64,000 nt of DNA from Planctomycetota bacterium (lineage in GTDB: Bacteria > Planctomycetota > B15-G4). A program made the position numbers and the translations under genes. This document shows, piece after piece, positions 53,813-63,356 of the stretch. The notes under the pieces were generated by a model. The model saw nothing but the letters and a program-made list of their open reading frames with translations, did not search any database and was not told the DNA's origin. Position 1 is the stretch's first letter. Each line of letters begins with the position of its first letter. The stretch is taken from contig CBDFJQ010000002.1 in assembly GCA_965248575.1 (NCBI GenBank), positions 3,648,001 through 3,712,000 of the forward strand. Direction: 5' to 3'.

Positions 53813-54547
53813 CTACTTGGAGGAGTTCAGCGAGGGGTTCAGCCCGTGCTCTTGGAAGAGCAACAGGAGGTCTTCCGGCAAGGGGCATTGGAACTCGTGG
53901 GGTGTTTGCTCGTCATCGAAGTCTACGCGCGAGGCGTGCAGGGCTTGGCGGATGTGTGCGGTCGAGGGCGGCGTGCAGTACCACTCTTCACCGAGCAGTG
54001 GGTGGCCGAGGGAGGCGAGGTGGACCCGGATCTGGTGCGTGCGCCCCGTCTCGATCTGCACTTCAAGCAGGCTGCAGGCGCGGCCGAGGGCCACGCGGCG
54101 GATCATGCTTACGGCGCGCTGGCCGTCGGCATGGACACCCAGCACCCGGGAAGGAGTTTCCTGCAAGAGCCCGATGGGCGCCTCCACCCGGAGATGCTCG
54201 AAATCCACCAGGCCGTGCACACCAGCGAGATACGTCTTGGTCCCGTTCGGAAAGCGCATGCGCTCTTTCCAGCGAGGGACCAAGGCCTTCTCGGTGACGA
54301 ACACGTTGATGCCCGAGGTGTCGGCATCCAATTGATGGATCGCCCAGACCTTGCAGTCGAGCTTGTGCATGAGCGCGAACTGCAGGCTGTCGGGATCGTC
54401 GAGAGTCCTGCCCGTGGAGGGGATGCCCCACGGTTTGTCCATGACCAGGACCCCGCCCTGCCCCCAGAGGGTGCGGCGATCGAGCTCCCCGGGGGCGCGC
54501 CGCAGGCGCCTGTGCACGGCTTCGACGTGGGTGTCATCGGGAATCAC
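53813..54547 (-). CDS. RluA family RNA pseudouridine synthase
   Basis: DKPWGIP, HQLDADTSG, KTYLA, TGRTHQIRVH, LHA. Start GTG 54547 preferred; ORF extends to 54595. Confidence 0.9.
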   Translation of the reverse strand: MIPDDTHVEAVHRRLRRAPGELDRRTLWGQGGVLVMDKPWGIPSTGRTLDDPDSLQFALMHKLDCKVWAIHQLDADTSGINVFVTEKALVPRWKERMRFPNGTKTYLAGVHGLVDFEHLRVEAPIGLLQETPSRVLGVHADGQRAVSMIRRVALGRACSLLEVQIETGRTHQIRVHLASLGHPLLGEEWYCTPPSTAHIRQALHASRVDFDDEQTPHEFQCPLPEDLLLLFQEHGLNPSLNSSK

Positions 54548-54622
54548 GGCGACATCATGCCAGGAGTTGGGTTGGCTAGGCGGAGATCGGATCATCCCGT
54601 GTCAAGCCGCTAGACTGGCCTC

Positions 54623-55270
54623 ATGATCAGCGCGCATCCGAAGTACCCGAACCTGCACGTCTTCACGCACCCGTTGATCCAGGACAAGCTGAGCCGGGTC
54701 CGGGATGTGGCCACCGACAGTTCAGAGTTCCGGCGGCTCACGAACCAGATCGCGTCGCTCATGACGTTTCACGTGTTCAGCAACCTGTCCACGGCGCCGA
54801 CCGAGGTGACGACGCCGCTCGAACAGACCCGAGGCGAGCGCATCGACCAGCCGGTGACCCTCGTGCCGATCCTGCGCGCGGGGCTCGGGATGACCGAGGG
54901 GATCCTGGCGCTGTACCCCGAGGCGCGGGTTGGCCACATCGGCATGTATCGCAACGAGCAGACGCTGCGGCCCGTGCCCTACTACTGCAAGTTGCCGCCC
55001 GACGTGGCCCAGGGGCCGGTCTTGCTCGTGGACCCCATGGTTGCCACGGGTCACAGCGCCGAGCATGCCGTGAGTCAGATCAAGCAGGCCGGCTGTCGCG
55101 ACGTGCGCCTGTTGTGTCTCGTGAGCGCGCCTTCAGGCGTGCAGACGCTCCTGGAGAAACACCCGGACGTGCCTGTCTACACCGCGGCCCTCGACCGGGA
55201 GCTGAGTGACGTCGGTTACATCCTGCCGGGCCTGGGTGACGCGGGCGACCGGTTGTTCGGAACGCTCTAG
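54623..55270 (+). CDS. upp: Uracil phosphoribosyltransferase
   Basis: HPLI, VPILRAGLGM, VDPMVATG, GYILPGLGDAGDRLFGT. Confidence 0.97.
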   Translation: MISAHPKYPNLHVFTHPLIQDKLSRVRDVATDSSEFRRLTNQIASLMTFHVFSNLSTAPTEVTTPLEQTRGERIDQPVTLVPILRAGLGMTEGILALYPEARVGHIGMYRNEQTLRPVPYYCKLPPDVAQGPVLLVDPMVATGHSAEHAVSQIKQAGCRDVRLLCLVSAPSGVQTLLEKHPDVPVYTAALDRELSDVGYILPGLGDAGDRLFGTL

Positions 55271-56898
55271 CCACCAGTGCGGCAGAAGCACGAGCCGGGG
55301 ATGCTGATGTCCGAGCGGCGCCACGCCCTGGCGAAGCGCCGGCTGGCATCGGCCGCCTCGTCCGGCATGCCGAGGGCCGCGAGGCACTCAGCCATTCCGT
55401 GCAGCGCCCAACCGTTGTTGGGGTAGCGAGCGAGGTTTGCGCGATACACCTGCAGCGCTTCCTCGTACTGACCCTGCTCGGTGAGCAAGGCGCCGAGTGC
55501 ATGACGTGCCGGCTCCATCCAACCCCAGGGCTCGTCGTAGTTCAGGACCTCGTCGAGGGCGACGGCCTCGCGCAGCAGGACGAAGGCTCTCTCGTGCGCC
55601 CCCTGGCGGTAGGCGATCTCGCCGGCGAGCACCTTTTCTGCGACAGCGAGAATCCCCGAGACGGAGTTGTTGAACAGCATGCGGCTCGCGGGCACGGCGG
55701 CGCGCGCTGCGAGGAAGGCGTCCTGTTCCTTCAGGGCGGCCTCGACCTTGCCCAAGGAGGCGAGAGCAACTCCTCGGGCGTAGTGCCACACGGCGCGGGT
55801 CGCCAGCAGCTCGGGCGCCGGTTCTGGCTCCTTCAGGATCTGTTCCCAGAGTCCGAAGCGCACCTGCACGTGATAGGGCGTCGCGGCGAAGATGTCGAAC
55901 ACGTCCGGCACGGCCGCGAGCAGGCCCGGCGGGAGTTCGTCCACGAGGCGTCGCGCGTACTCGAGGGCCAGGGCGCGCTGTCCATCCCACATCGCGCCAT
56001 AGGCCACGAAGTGATAGTTGTGGATGCGGTAGGCGGAGTAGAAGTTCTCGCGGCCGGCGTGCTCGACGAAGGCGTCGTCGATGTCCACGGCTTCCACGTT
56101 GACGCGGATGACGTCCGCGTAGCGCCCTGTCCAGACGTAGATGTGGCTGGGCATGTGGATCAGGTGCCCGAGGCCCGGCGTGAGGCCCTCCAGGGTCTTC
56201 GCCACTTCACCGGCGAGGGCGACCTCCGGCCCCGCCTCCATGGCGTGGATGTAGAGGTGGCACAGCGCCGGATGCTTCGGCCAGCGCGCGATCCCGTTTT
56301 CGAGCACATGGCGGATGTCAGCCAAGATCGGGGCCGGCACGCCTTCATGGCTCCAGAGCCCCCAGGGCTTCAACTGCATGAGCGCCTCGGCCGTGAGTGC
56401 TGCGACGTCCGGATCGTCTGGATAGCTCGCGTAGACCTCCTGCATGGCTTCGGCGTAGGCGCGCTCAAGCGGCATACGGTCTTCGGGGGCCGGCCAGGCG
56501 TAGCGTTGCGCCATGGCGTCGATCAGCGCGGCCTCGGCGGCAGAGGCTCCCTGCTTCAACGCTTGGGCGCGTTGGATGGCTTCCCAAGCGGCCTGGCTCG
56601 CGACGTCGTCGATGACGGTGCTGTTGTAGTTGGGTCCCAGGGCGTAGGCCCGGCCCCAGTGCGCCATGGCGAAGCCCGGGTCTGCCTGCGCGGCGCGGTC
56701 GAAGCACTGCACCGCTTCCTCGTGGTTGAAGCCGAAGCAGAGCGCGAGCCCGCGATCGAACCAGAGCTGTGCCGTGGCCGAGTCGGTGCTCGTCGCCCGG
56801 TGCACTACACCGATGTCGTAGTGGACCGGAGCAGCGCCGATCAGCGAGCAGCATGGAAGGACAAGGCCGACGAGCAAGAGCAGGCTGGCGAGACGCAT
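55267..56898 (-). CDS. Exported TPR-like protein with His-rich motifs
   Basis: SD AAGGAGG before ATG 56898; signal peptide; GFNHEEA, HLYIHAME, HLIHMPSHIY, HNYHF. Confidence 0.88.
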   Translation of the reverse strand: MRLASLLLLVGLVLPCCSLIGAAPVHYDIGVVHRATSTDSATAQLWFDRGLALCFGFNHEEAVQCFDRAAQADPGFAMAHWGRAYALGPNYNSTVIDDVASQAAWEAIQRAQALKQGASAAEAALIDAMAQRYAWPAPEDRMPLERAYAEAMQEVYASYPDDPDVAALTAEALMQLKPWGLWSHEGVPAPILADIRHVLENGIARWPKHPALCHLYIHAMEAGPEVALAGEVAKTLEGLTPGLGHLIHMPSHIYVWTGRYADVIRVNVEAVDIDDAFVEHAGRENFYSAYRIHNYHFVAYGAMWDGQRALALEYARRLVDELPPGLLAAVPDVFDIFAATPYHVQVRFGLWEQILKEPEPAPELLATRAVWHYARGVALASLGKVEAALKEQDAFLAARAAVPASRMLFNNSVSGILAVAEKVLAGEIAYRQGAHERAFVLLREAVALDEVLNYDEPWGWMEPARHALGALLTEQGQYEEALQVYRANLARYPNNGWALHGMAECLAALGMPDEAADASRRFARAWRRSDISIPGSCFCRTGG

Positions 56899-57068
56899 GG
56901 GGCAATCCTCCTTCAACGGGCGAGCCCGCAGCAGCGTGTCGCTGGGCGCCGGGCTGTAGGTGGGCTGGTATACAGCAGCGGGACGGCCCGTTGCCATGAG
57001 CGGATCCCGTGGCCTGCGCCGCCACGGGCAGGCGCTGATGCTGTGGGCCTGTACGGCACGGCGGGCAC

Positions 57069-57233
57069 ATGGTGGATCGTCTCAAAGCAAACAAACCGGA
57101 TTTCGACGGCGTCTTCATCAACACCGGGTCAGCCGGCAACACGGTGATGAACAGCAAGATTTTGAAGGCCGGCGACAACGGCCTGGAAGTCGAGGCTGGT
57201 GACACCGAGTTCAAGACGTCGAACCTGCCCTGA
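57069..57233 (+). pseudogene. Short ORF resembling a fragment of a parallel beta-helix protein
   Basis: MVDRLKANKPDFDGVFINTGSAGNTVMNSKILKAGDNGLEVEAGDTEFKTSNLP-stop (54 aa); two DG/NG-hydrophobic repeats about 23 aa apart. Confidence 0.4.
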
Positions 57234-57286
57234 CCAGCGCTGCACGCGCTGGTTGAGGGTGATGCCCCCTCAGGAGCGCGAGCAAG

Positions 57287-59518
57287 ATGGGTAAAGGGAG
57301 TGTGCTGGGGGTGGGGTTGGCGGTCGTGGGCTTGGTGCTGTGGGCAGCGCTGTCGGCGCTGCAGCCGAAGGATGATGCGGGTGGAGAGTCTTCCGGCGTG
57401 GCAGCGGAGTCGGCGGAAGCCGTCCGGCAGGCGCCGCTTGAGACGATGAGTCTGCCCGAGGCGCTGGAGGGGGAGGTCGCTGAGAGCTTGCTCAGCGTTC
57501 CGCTCCAGGAGCATGCAGCGGAGAGCGGCCAACCCACCCTGGTCAAGATGTTCGCCGTCCAGAAGTTGCCGAACGGCGGGCGGGGGCCCGCAGCCGTGGC
57601 GGAACTCGAGCTGGGTGTGAGCTGGTCGAGGAAGGACTACGGCGAGGCTCTGCACACCCTTCAGACAGACAGCTCGGGTCAGGCGCAGATGGAGTTGTCG
57701 TGGGAACATCTGCGTCCTGCGGCCGACGGCTCGCGCCCTTGGATCTGGCTGCGTTCCTCGGGACCGGGGCTCTTGACGCGGACCGACTCCCGGCGAGTGC
57801 CCAAGGAAGCCGGGGCAGCTGTCCAACTGAGCGTGGACATCCAGGCGGGCACGACCATGGAAGGCCGCATCCTGGGCCCGGATGGCGAGGGAGTCGCCGG
57901 GCAGGTGCAGTTGATGTCCTACGGCCCCGACGGCGGGCTGAGTTCGACGATGGCGAAGGCGGCCGCCGACGGTTTGTTCTCGGGCGAACTCCGTCAGGAG
58001 GCTGAGACCTTCCTCTACGCAGAGGCGACGAGCGATCCGGACGGCAAGGAGACCTACCGGATCCCGAGCCAGCTCGACCTGGGGACCGGTGTCTCGGAGA
58101 ACTTCCAGGTGAGCTTCACGAGTCCCGTGCCCTTCCAGGAGGTGCATGTGTCCGGGCCAGGGCTCATCCATGGCCGGCTCACCGATGCCGACGATCAGCC
58201 AGCGGTTGGGGTTCGCCTGCAGGCCCTGGTGGTTCCGTCGGGGATTGATGACGGATCCACCCAGGAGGAGTCCCAGGTGGCGCTCTACGCCATGCGGCTC
58301 GAAGGGGGCGGCCACCTGGGCGTGTCGGCGACGACGGACACCGAAGGTGCGTTCGAGTTTCGCGGCCTGCGCAACGCCTTCTTCTTCGTCTACGCCCTGA
58401 GCGAGGAGAGTTTTTCGGGCAGGCCCACCACGCTCCTCACCCCCGAGCCGATCCCGAGCCACGGGGAGCCTCTGCACCTGCGCTTGAGTCGGCCACACCT
58501 GGCCCTCCATGTGCGGCATGCGGACGGGTCCGTCCCGGGGCCGGGCTTCACGACCCATCGGTTTTCCCGCCTCTACGACACCCTCGATGAATGGCCTGAG
58601 CAGTCGGGCTTGATCGTGAGCCTCGCTCCCGAGGATGCGCACACCCGGGAATGGAGAGGTCCCTATCTGGAACCCAAGCAGGTGGGGCCCGGAGAGTTCG
58701 TCTTGGACGTCGATGCGGAGCTCTCGGTCGACATCGGCGTGATCGGCGGCGGTGCGCCGTGGCGACCCCAGCGGGTCACACTGCCCCCAGGCGCAGGGAG
58801 GGTCGATGTGGACGTCGTCTTGGCCGAGGAAGTGCGCACAGCTGCCCTCGTGCTGGGTGTTGTGGATTCCGCAGGCGAGCCCTTGGTGGAGCAGGTCCGC
58901 GTGCGCCTGAGCGACCCGGCGACCGGTGTGGTCCTCTACGACAAGGGCTGCGACTACACCGATGAGGGGGACTGGCCGCTCCGGGTGGAGCTCCCCGAGG
59001 GTGAGTACCGTCTGCTGGTGGAGGGTCACGCCTGGATTGAAGACCACCACGGGACACTCATGGAGCAGCGAGAGCACGGAGCCTTCGAACAGGACATCCT
59101 CCTGTCGTCCGCGGGCGATCTAGCCGTCACGGCGCGCCTCGGCGCGGGAGCACGCTTGGACCTCAAGATCGTCGGTGCAGCGAGTGCAGAGGAGCAGAAA
59201 CTGCTCGAAGAGAAACGGGATGGCTTCGTGTCCTTTGGCGACAGCAAGCCACCCGAGGCTCCTTCAGTCTCTCTGCGCCTGGAGCGCGAGGGCCGGTGGC
59301 CCGAGTACCCCTCCTTCCGTCGCTTCGCCATGGGCGGCACGAGCGCAGCGGGCACGCACATGTTCTCGTCCCTGCTGCTGGGTAGCGAGGGCGTGTCTGA
59401 GATCCTGACGCCCGGCGAGTACACCCTGGTCGCCACCATCGCTGGTGGGCGCAGCCTCGAGCGCAAGGTCGTGCTCGCCCCCGGGCAGACGCTTCAGGTG
59501 CTGCTGAACTTCGACTGA
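57287..59518 (+). CDS. Membrane-anchored protein with carboxypeptidase-regulatory-like (transthyretin-like) beta-sandwich repeats
   Basis: N-terminal TM; repeats EGRILGPDGEGV, HGRLTDADDQP, TTDTEGAFEFRGL, VVDSAGEP, PGEYTL. Confidence 0.8.
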   Translation: MGKGSVLGVGLAVVGLVLWAALSALQPKDDAGGESSGVAAESAEAVRQAPLETMSLPEALEGEVAESLLSVPLQEHAAESGQPTLVKMFAVQKLPNGGRGPAAVAELELGVSWSRKDYGEALHTLQTDSSGQAQMELSWEHLRPAADGSRPWIWLRSSGPGLLTRTDSRRVPKEAGAAVQLSVDIQAGTTMEGRILGPDGEGVAGQVQLMSYGPDGGLSSTMAKAAADGLFSGELRQEAETFLYAEATSDPDGKETYRIPSQLDLGTGVSENFQVSFTSPVPFQEVHVSGPGLIHGRLTDADDQPAVGVRLQALVVPSGIDDGSTQEESQVALYAMRLEGGGHLGVSATTDTEGAFEFRGLRNAFFFVYALSEESFSGRPTTLLTPEPIPSHGEPLHLRLSRPHLALHVRHADGSVPGPGFTTHRFSRLYDTLDEWPEQSGLIVSLAPEDAHTREWRGPYLEPKQVGPGEFVLDVDAELSVDIGVIGGGAPWRPQRVTLPPGAGRVDVDVVLAEEVRTAALVLGVVDSAGEPLVEQVRVRLSDPATGVVLYDKGCDYTDEGDWPLRVELPEGEYRLLVEGHAWIEDHHGTLMEQREHGAFEQDILLSSAGDLAVTARLGAGARLDLKIVGAASAEEQKLLEEKRDGFVSFGDSKPPEAPSVSLRLEREGRWPEYPSFRRFAMGGTSAAGTHMFSSLLLGSEGVSEILTPGEYTLVATIAGGRSLERKVVLAPGQTLQVLLNFD

Positions 59519-59584
59519 GCGCGTCGCCCCCGTGCCACGAGTTCGCCGCACCCCCTGGGTCGCGAGCTGGGGCAGACTCGCGGC

Positions 59585-60505
59585 ATGAAGACACTTCACG
59601 CAGGACTCCTGGCTCTCGGACTCACTCTCGGGGGCGCGCTGGGCGGGCTCTCGTCGGCCTGCACCCTGCAGTCATCGGCGACTCAGCTAGAGGTCGAGCT
59701 GCCCGAGACGCGCGTCCATGTGCCCATGGACCACTCCAGTGGGCACGTCGTGGTGGACGTCTACCTGGGTGACAAGGGTCCCTACCTCTTCCAGGTGGAC
59801 ACCTACGCCAGCATCGACGCCTGTCTCGATGACGACCTGGCGGAAGAGCTGGGTTTCCCCGTGGTGGGGACGACTCTCAACAGCGACGGACGCAACACGA
59901 GCACCCGCAACCTCGTCTCCATCCCCGAGCTGCGGCTGGGCGATGCGGTGTTCAAGAACGCGCGCACGCTGGTGGACGACTACGATTGGATCGGCACCCG
60001 CAACGGCCGAAAGGTGGATGGCCTGCTGGGCTTCACCTTGTTTCGCGAGCTGGTGCTGGGCTTCGACTACCCCGAGTCCAGGTTGGTGCTCAGCAAGGGC
60101 AGCGTGACGGAGAAGAGCTCGTACTCCCTGCCGTTCAAGGCACCCAGCGGCTCGCCGGACATCGTGGTCGAGGTGGAGGGACTCTCGCTCGAAGTGGGAA
60201 TCGACACGGGCTTTGGGGGAACCCTCGCCTTGCACACCTCCGATGCGGAAGACTTGCCCCTGGACGCCAAGCTCAAGGTCGTCGGCCAGTCGCGCAGTGC
60301 GTACTCCACATACGACATCTATGGCGCGCGGCTCACGAAGCCGGTGACGCTTGCGGCGCACGCACTGAACCGGATGAACGTCACCTTCATGGAGGGCTCT
60401 GCCCGCCGTCTCCTGGGCTACGGCATCCTGAAGGATTTCGTGGTGTCCTTCGACCAGCGCACGCGGCGCGTGAGCTTCGTCCCGCCGGACAGCGAGAACG
60501 GCTAG
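59585..60505 (+). CDS. Exported tandem aspartyl-protease-like protein, probable lipoprotein
   Basis: LSSAC lipobox-like; FQVDTYA...DGLLG and GIDTGF...LLGYGIL. Confidence 0.82.
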   Translation: MKTLHAGLLALGLTLGGALGGLSSACTLQSSATQLEVELPETRVHVPMDHSSGHVVVDVYLGDKGPYLFQVDTYASIDACLDDDLAEELGFPVVGTTLNSDGRNTSTRNLVSIPELRLGDAVFKNARTLVDDYDWIGTRNGRKVDGLLGFTLFRELVLGFDYPESRLVLSKGSVTEKSSYSLPFKAPSGSPDIVVEVEGLSLEVGIDTGFGGTLALHTSDAEDLPLDAKLKVVGQSRSAYSTYDIYGARLTKPVTLAAHALNRMNVTFMEGSARRLLGYGILKDFVVSFDQRTRRVSFVPPDSENG

Positions 60506-60715
60506 CTCGTGCGGCTCCAAGTGGGGTCGTCCATGTCTGACGGCATCTCTCTCGACCTCGGGCGAAGGGGCACTGGATACGACACGGAGCTGGGGGCCAC
60601 ATGGTCGATGGGCAACCGGCCAGTCACCGCGTTGCCACCCCTCGTTGTGAGAAGTCCGGGATATCCTTCGTCAGCTGGCACTTCCCCGCCGCCCCTCCCA
60701 ACCGAGACCATCACC

Positions 60716-61660
60716 TTGAAGACGTTCCTGCGCCTCAGCGCCCTGCTCCTATGCCTTTCCCTTGTTTCGCAGGCTGCGGAAGCCCAACAGTTCGGCATCG
60801 GCTTCGACAACGTGGGGGCGCCAGGCGCCTTCTCCCAGATCTTCCCAGGCCTGGCCAATGGCCCGCACCTGGAGTACGCCCAAGCGACCTTTGACGGCGG
60901 CGTGATCTTGAACGATGCGCTCTTTGCCTCGGCGGCCACCAGCGGCAGCAACATCCTGGCGACCTGCGACACCTGCGGGTTGGGTGATGGTCCGCCCGCG
61001 ACGGGTCTGCCTGGCATGATCACTGGAAGCTTCACCAGCTCCGTGGACCAGGTGTCGTTGGATGCCATCAATGGGTCGACGGCGGGCGGCGGTGTGATGA
61101 CTCTCACGGCCTTCGACGCAACGGGCGCGGTGGTGGCGACGGACTCGGCCTTCGCGACGCCCCAGGGCTCGGCGAACTCTGTTCAGCCGCTGTTCGTGTC
61201 GGCGCCAGTCATCAAGTCCTTCGCCGTGACGGTGGACCTTCCGGCGGGCTACACCTTCGCCATCGACACGGTCATGGGTCGGCTGCTCGAGGGCGACTGG
61301 GTGGACCTGGGTTTCGCCTTGGCCGGAGTGAACGGGTTGCCCCAGTTATCCGGCAGCGGCTCCTTGGCAGGTGGGGATCCGACGACACTCTCCTTGACCT
61401 CCGCTGCGGGCTCGGCGACCGCGGCCCTTGTGGCGGGCTTCTCCCAGGTGAACGTGTCCTTCGAGGGCGGAGTGTTCGTGCCCAGCCCCGACATCATCCG
61501 CTTCTTCCCCACCAATGGTGTGGGCGGCTTGGAGGGCACAGCAGCCTGGCCGGTGGGCGTGCCCAGTGGCACAGAGGTTTTCTTTCAGTTCTGGATCTTT
61601 GATGCAGCAGGACCCTTTGGCTTTGCTGCAAGCAACGGACTGAAGGGCACCACTCCCTAG
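60716..61660 (+). CDS. Secreted beta-sandwich protein with the shared C-terminal domain
   Basis: TTG start, signal peptide (AAEA-QQ); beta-rich passenger; terminal WVDLG...SN...TTP domain. Confidence 0.82.
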   Translation: MKTFLRLSALLLCLSLVSQAAEAQQFGIGFDNVGAPGAFSQIFPGLANGPHLEYAQATFDGGVILNDALFASAATSGSNILATCDTCGLGDGPPATGLPGMITGSFTSSVDQVSLDAINGSTAGGGVMTLTAFDATGAVVATDSAFATPQGSANSVQPLFVSAPVIKSFAVTVDLPAGYTFAIDTVMGRLLEGDWVDLGFALAGVNGLPQLSGSGSLAGGDPTTLSLTSAAGSATAALVAGFSQVNVSFEGGVFVPSPDIIRFFPTNGVGGLEGTAAWPVGVPSGTEVFFQFWIFDAAGPFGFAASNGLKGTTP

Positions 61661-61897
61661 AAACTTTCGGAACGCTCATTCCGACGCGGTCGGCGGATTT
61701 GTGCGGTTCCCGGAGCTTCGATTGTCTCCTACCTTGCCCCTTGTGGGGTGGGCTTCTGGACTCTGTCAGTTGGCGGAGTCCGTCTGCTTGTGGGTGCCAG
61801 GCGCCCGGCATGAGTAGGGATCGAAACCAGGGAATGAATGAAGGGGGTCGTGGTGTCGCCTCTCGCACTCCCGTCACCGAGAAGGAAGAACGCGATC

Positions 61898-63307
61898 ATG
61901 TTCAGTGCTCGACCGAAGGGCTTTCTATGGACCCTCCTCGCGGTAGCCGTGCTCGGATGCAGCTCGGGTGAGGCGGAGGAGACAGCGGACAACGACAACG
62001 CCAAGGGTGAAGCAGGCTCGGCCGTCGCTGAGGACACCGAAACACTTCTCGGTGGCGTGCCGCTCGGCTGCACCGCGGAATCGGCCTGGGTGACGGCGCC
62101 CTCCGAACCGGACCCCGGGGCGTTCAGCCCGAACAGCCAATGTTCGTTCCATCAGTGGTCCTACCAGAACTTCCTGTGGCTCACGAGCCCTGACCCCGGC
62201 ACGGGGCAGACCATCTTCGAGGGCTTCGCGAACCCCAACAAACTCTTTGTTCAAGGAGGTCCCAGCGAACCCTACCCGGGTCGCGGGGGGCCGGAGCCGA
62301 CGCGCATGTTGGCGCGCCTCGAGAAGTCAGGCACGAGTGCGGACATCGAGGACATCTTCCAGGCCGGCCCCGGGGGCAAGATCCTCGTGGACCAGAATGG
62401 TGAGGTGGTCTTCTACTCCAACCACCTGAACGAGGTGTTCTGGGACTTCATCGTGAAGAACAGTCTGTACGACCTCGCGACCTTGAAGGCGACGAAGGGG
62501 CCAGCTTTGAACTTTGCCCAAGGGGCGCTGGAACTCAAGGCCTCCTGGCGCGTGGCGAAGAAGGGTGAGAAGGTCCTGATCGAGGATGCCGACAGTCGCT
62601 TCCATGTGGTGGACACGGTGATCCCAACGGTGACCGTGGACGCCGCCGGGCACATCAAAGAGGACTGGGCGAAGTCGATCCCGGCACGCATGGCCCTGAT
62701 CGGCTTCCACATCGCGGGCACGGTGAAGGGGCACCCGGAGTTCATCTGGGCGACCTTTGAGCACGTGGACAATGCGCCGGTCGCGGCGAGTGACCCAAGC
62801 AAGGCGGCGGCGAGTGGCCCAGGCCCCACGGGCCCGTGGTCGCTCTACAAGCCAGGCACGCCGACGGGTGCGTGCAACCAGTTCGATTCAGGCAACCCTC
62901 TGGCGGTCGTGAACATCTGTCTCGAGAACCCGCAGGGTGGCGGCGATGCAGACAACAAGGAGGCAGTGAAGACGCTCAACGCGAACGTGGCGTCCATTCC
63001 GCCCACGGCCCCGTGGGGCAACTACATGCTGGGCGGTGCCGTCTGGACCGACGGCACGGTGCCTCTCAACAACGGTGCCTTCGCGCCGGGCGCCTCACCC
63101 CCGGCCACGCAGTTGGGCTCGCTCGCCCTGGCGAACACCTCCATGGAGACCTTCACCCAACAGGACAACTGTTTCGCCTGCCACAACGGGGGAGCACACG
63201 AGATCGCAGTCGACAGCGGCAGCACCGAAGTCAACGCGAAGAGCGTGAACCTGAGCCACTTCGTCGTGAACTACCAGGCCGTCGAGCAGGTCAAGGCCGA
63301 GAAGTAG
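61898..63307 (+). CDS. Putative lipoprotein with a single C-terminal CxxCH heme motif
   Basis: SD AAGGA; lipobox VLGC; ELKASW, IGFHI, FIWATFEHVDNAP, LANTSMETF, NCFACH. Confidence 0.85.
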   Translation: MFSARPKGFLWTLLAVAVLGCSSGEAEETADNDNAKGEAGSAVAEDTETLLGGVPLGCTAESAWVTAPSEPDPGAFSPNSQCSFHQWSYQNFLWLTSPDPGTGQTIFEGFANPNKLFVQGGPSEPYPGRGGPEPTRMLARLEKSGTSADIEDIFQAGPGGKILVDQNGEVVFYSNHLNEVFWDFIVKNSLYDLATLKATKGPALNFAQGALELKASWRVAKKGEKVLIEDADSRFHVVDTVIPTVTVDAAGHIKEDWAKSIPARMALIGFHIAGTVKGHPEFIWATFEHVDNAPVAASDPSKAAASGPGPTGPWSLYKPGTPTGACNQFDSGNPLAVVNICLENPQGGGDADNKEAVKTLNANVASIPPTAPWGNYMLGGAVWTDGTVPLNNGAFAPGASPPATQLGSLALANTSMETFTQQDNCFACHNGGAHEIAVDSGSTEVNAKSVNLSHFVVNYQAVEQVKAEK

Positions 63308-63356
63308 GTCCGCGCACGCAACAGACATCCAACGAAAGAAAAGGGGTACGCACGCC

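Noticed and set aside
56465..59077. 870-aa minus-strand ORF
   Set aside because: Antisense to 57287..59518 and out of frame with the TPR gene; shadow composition.
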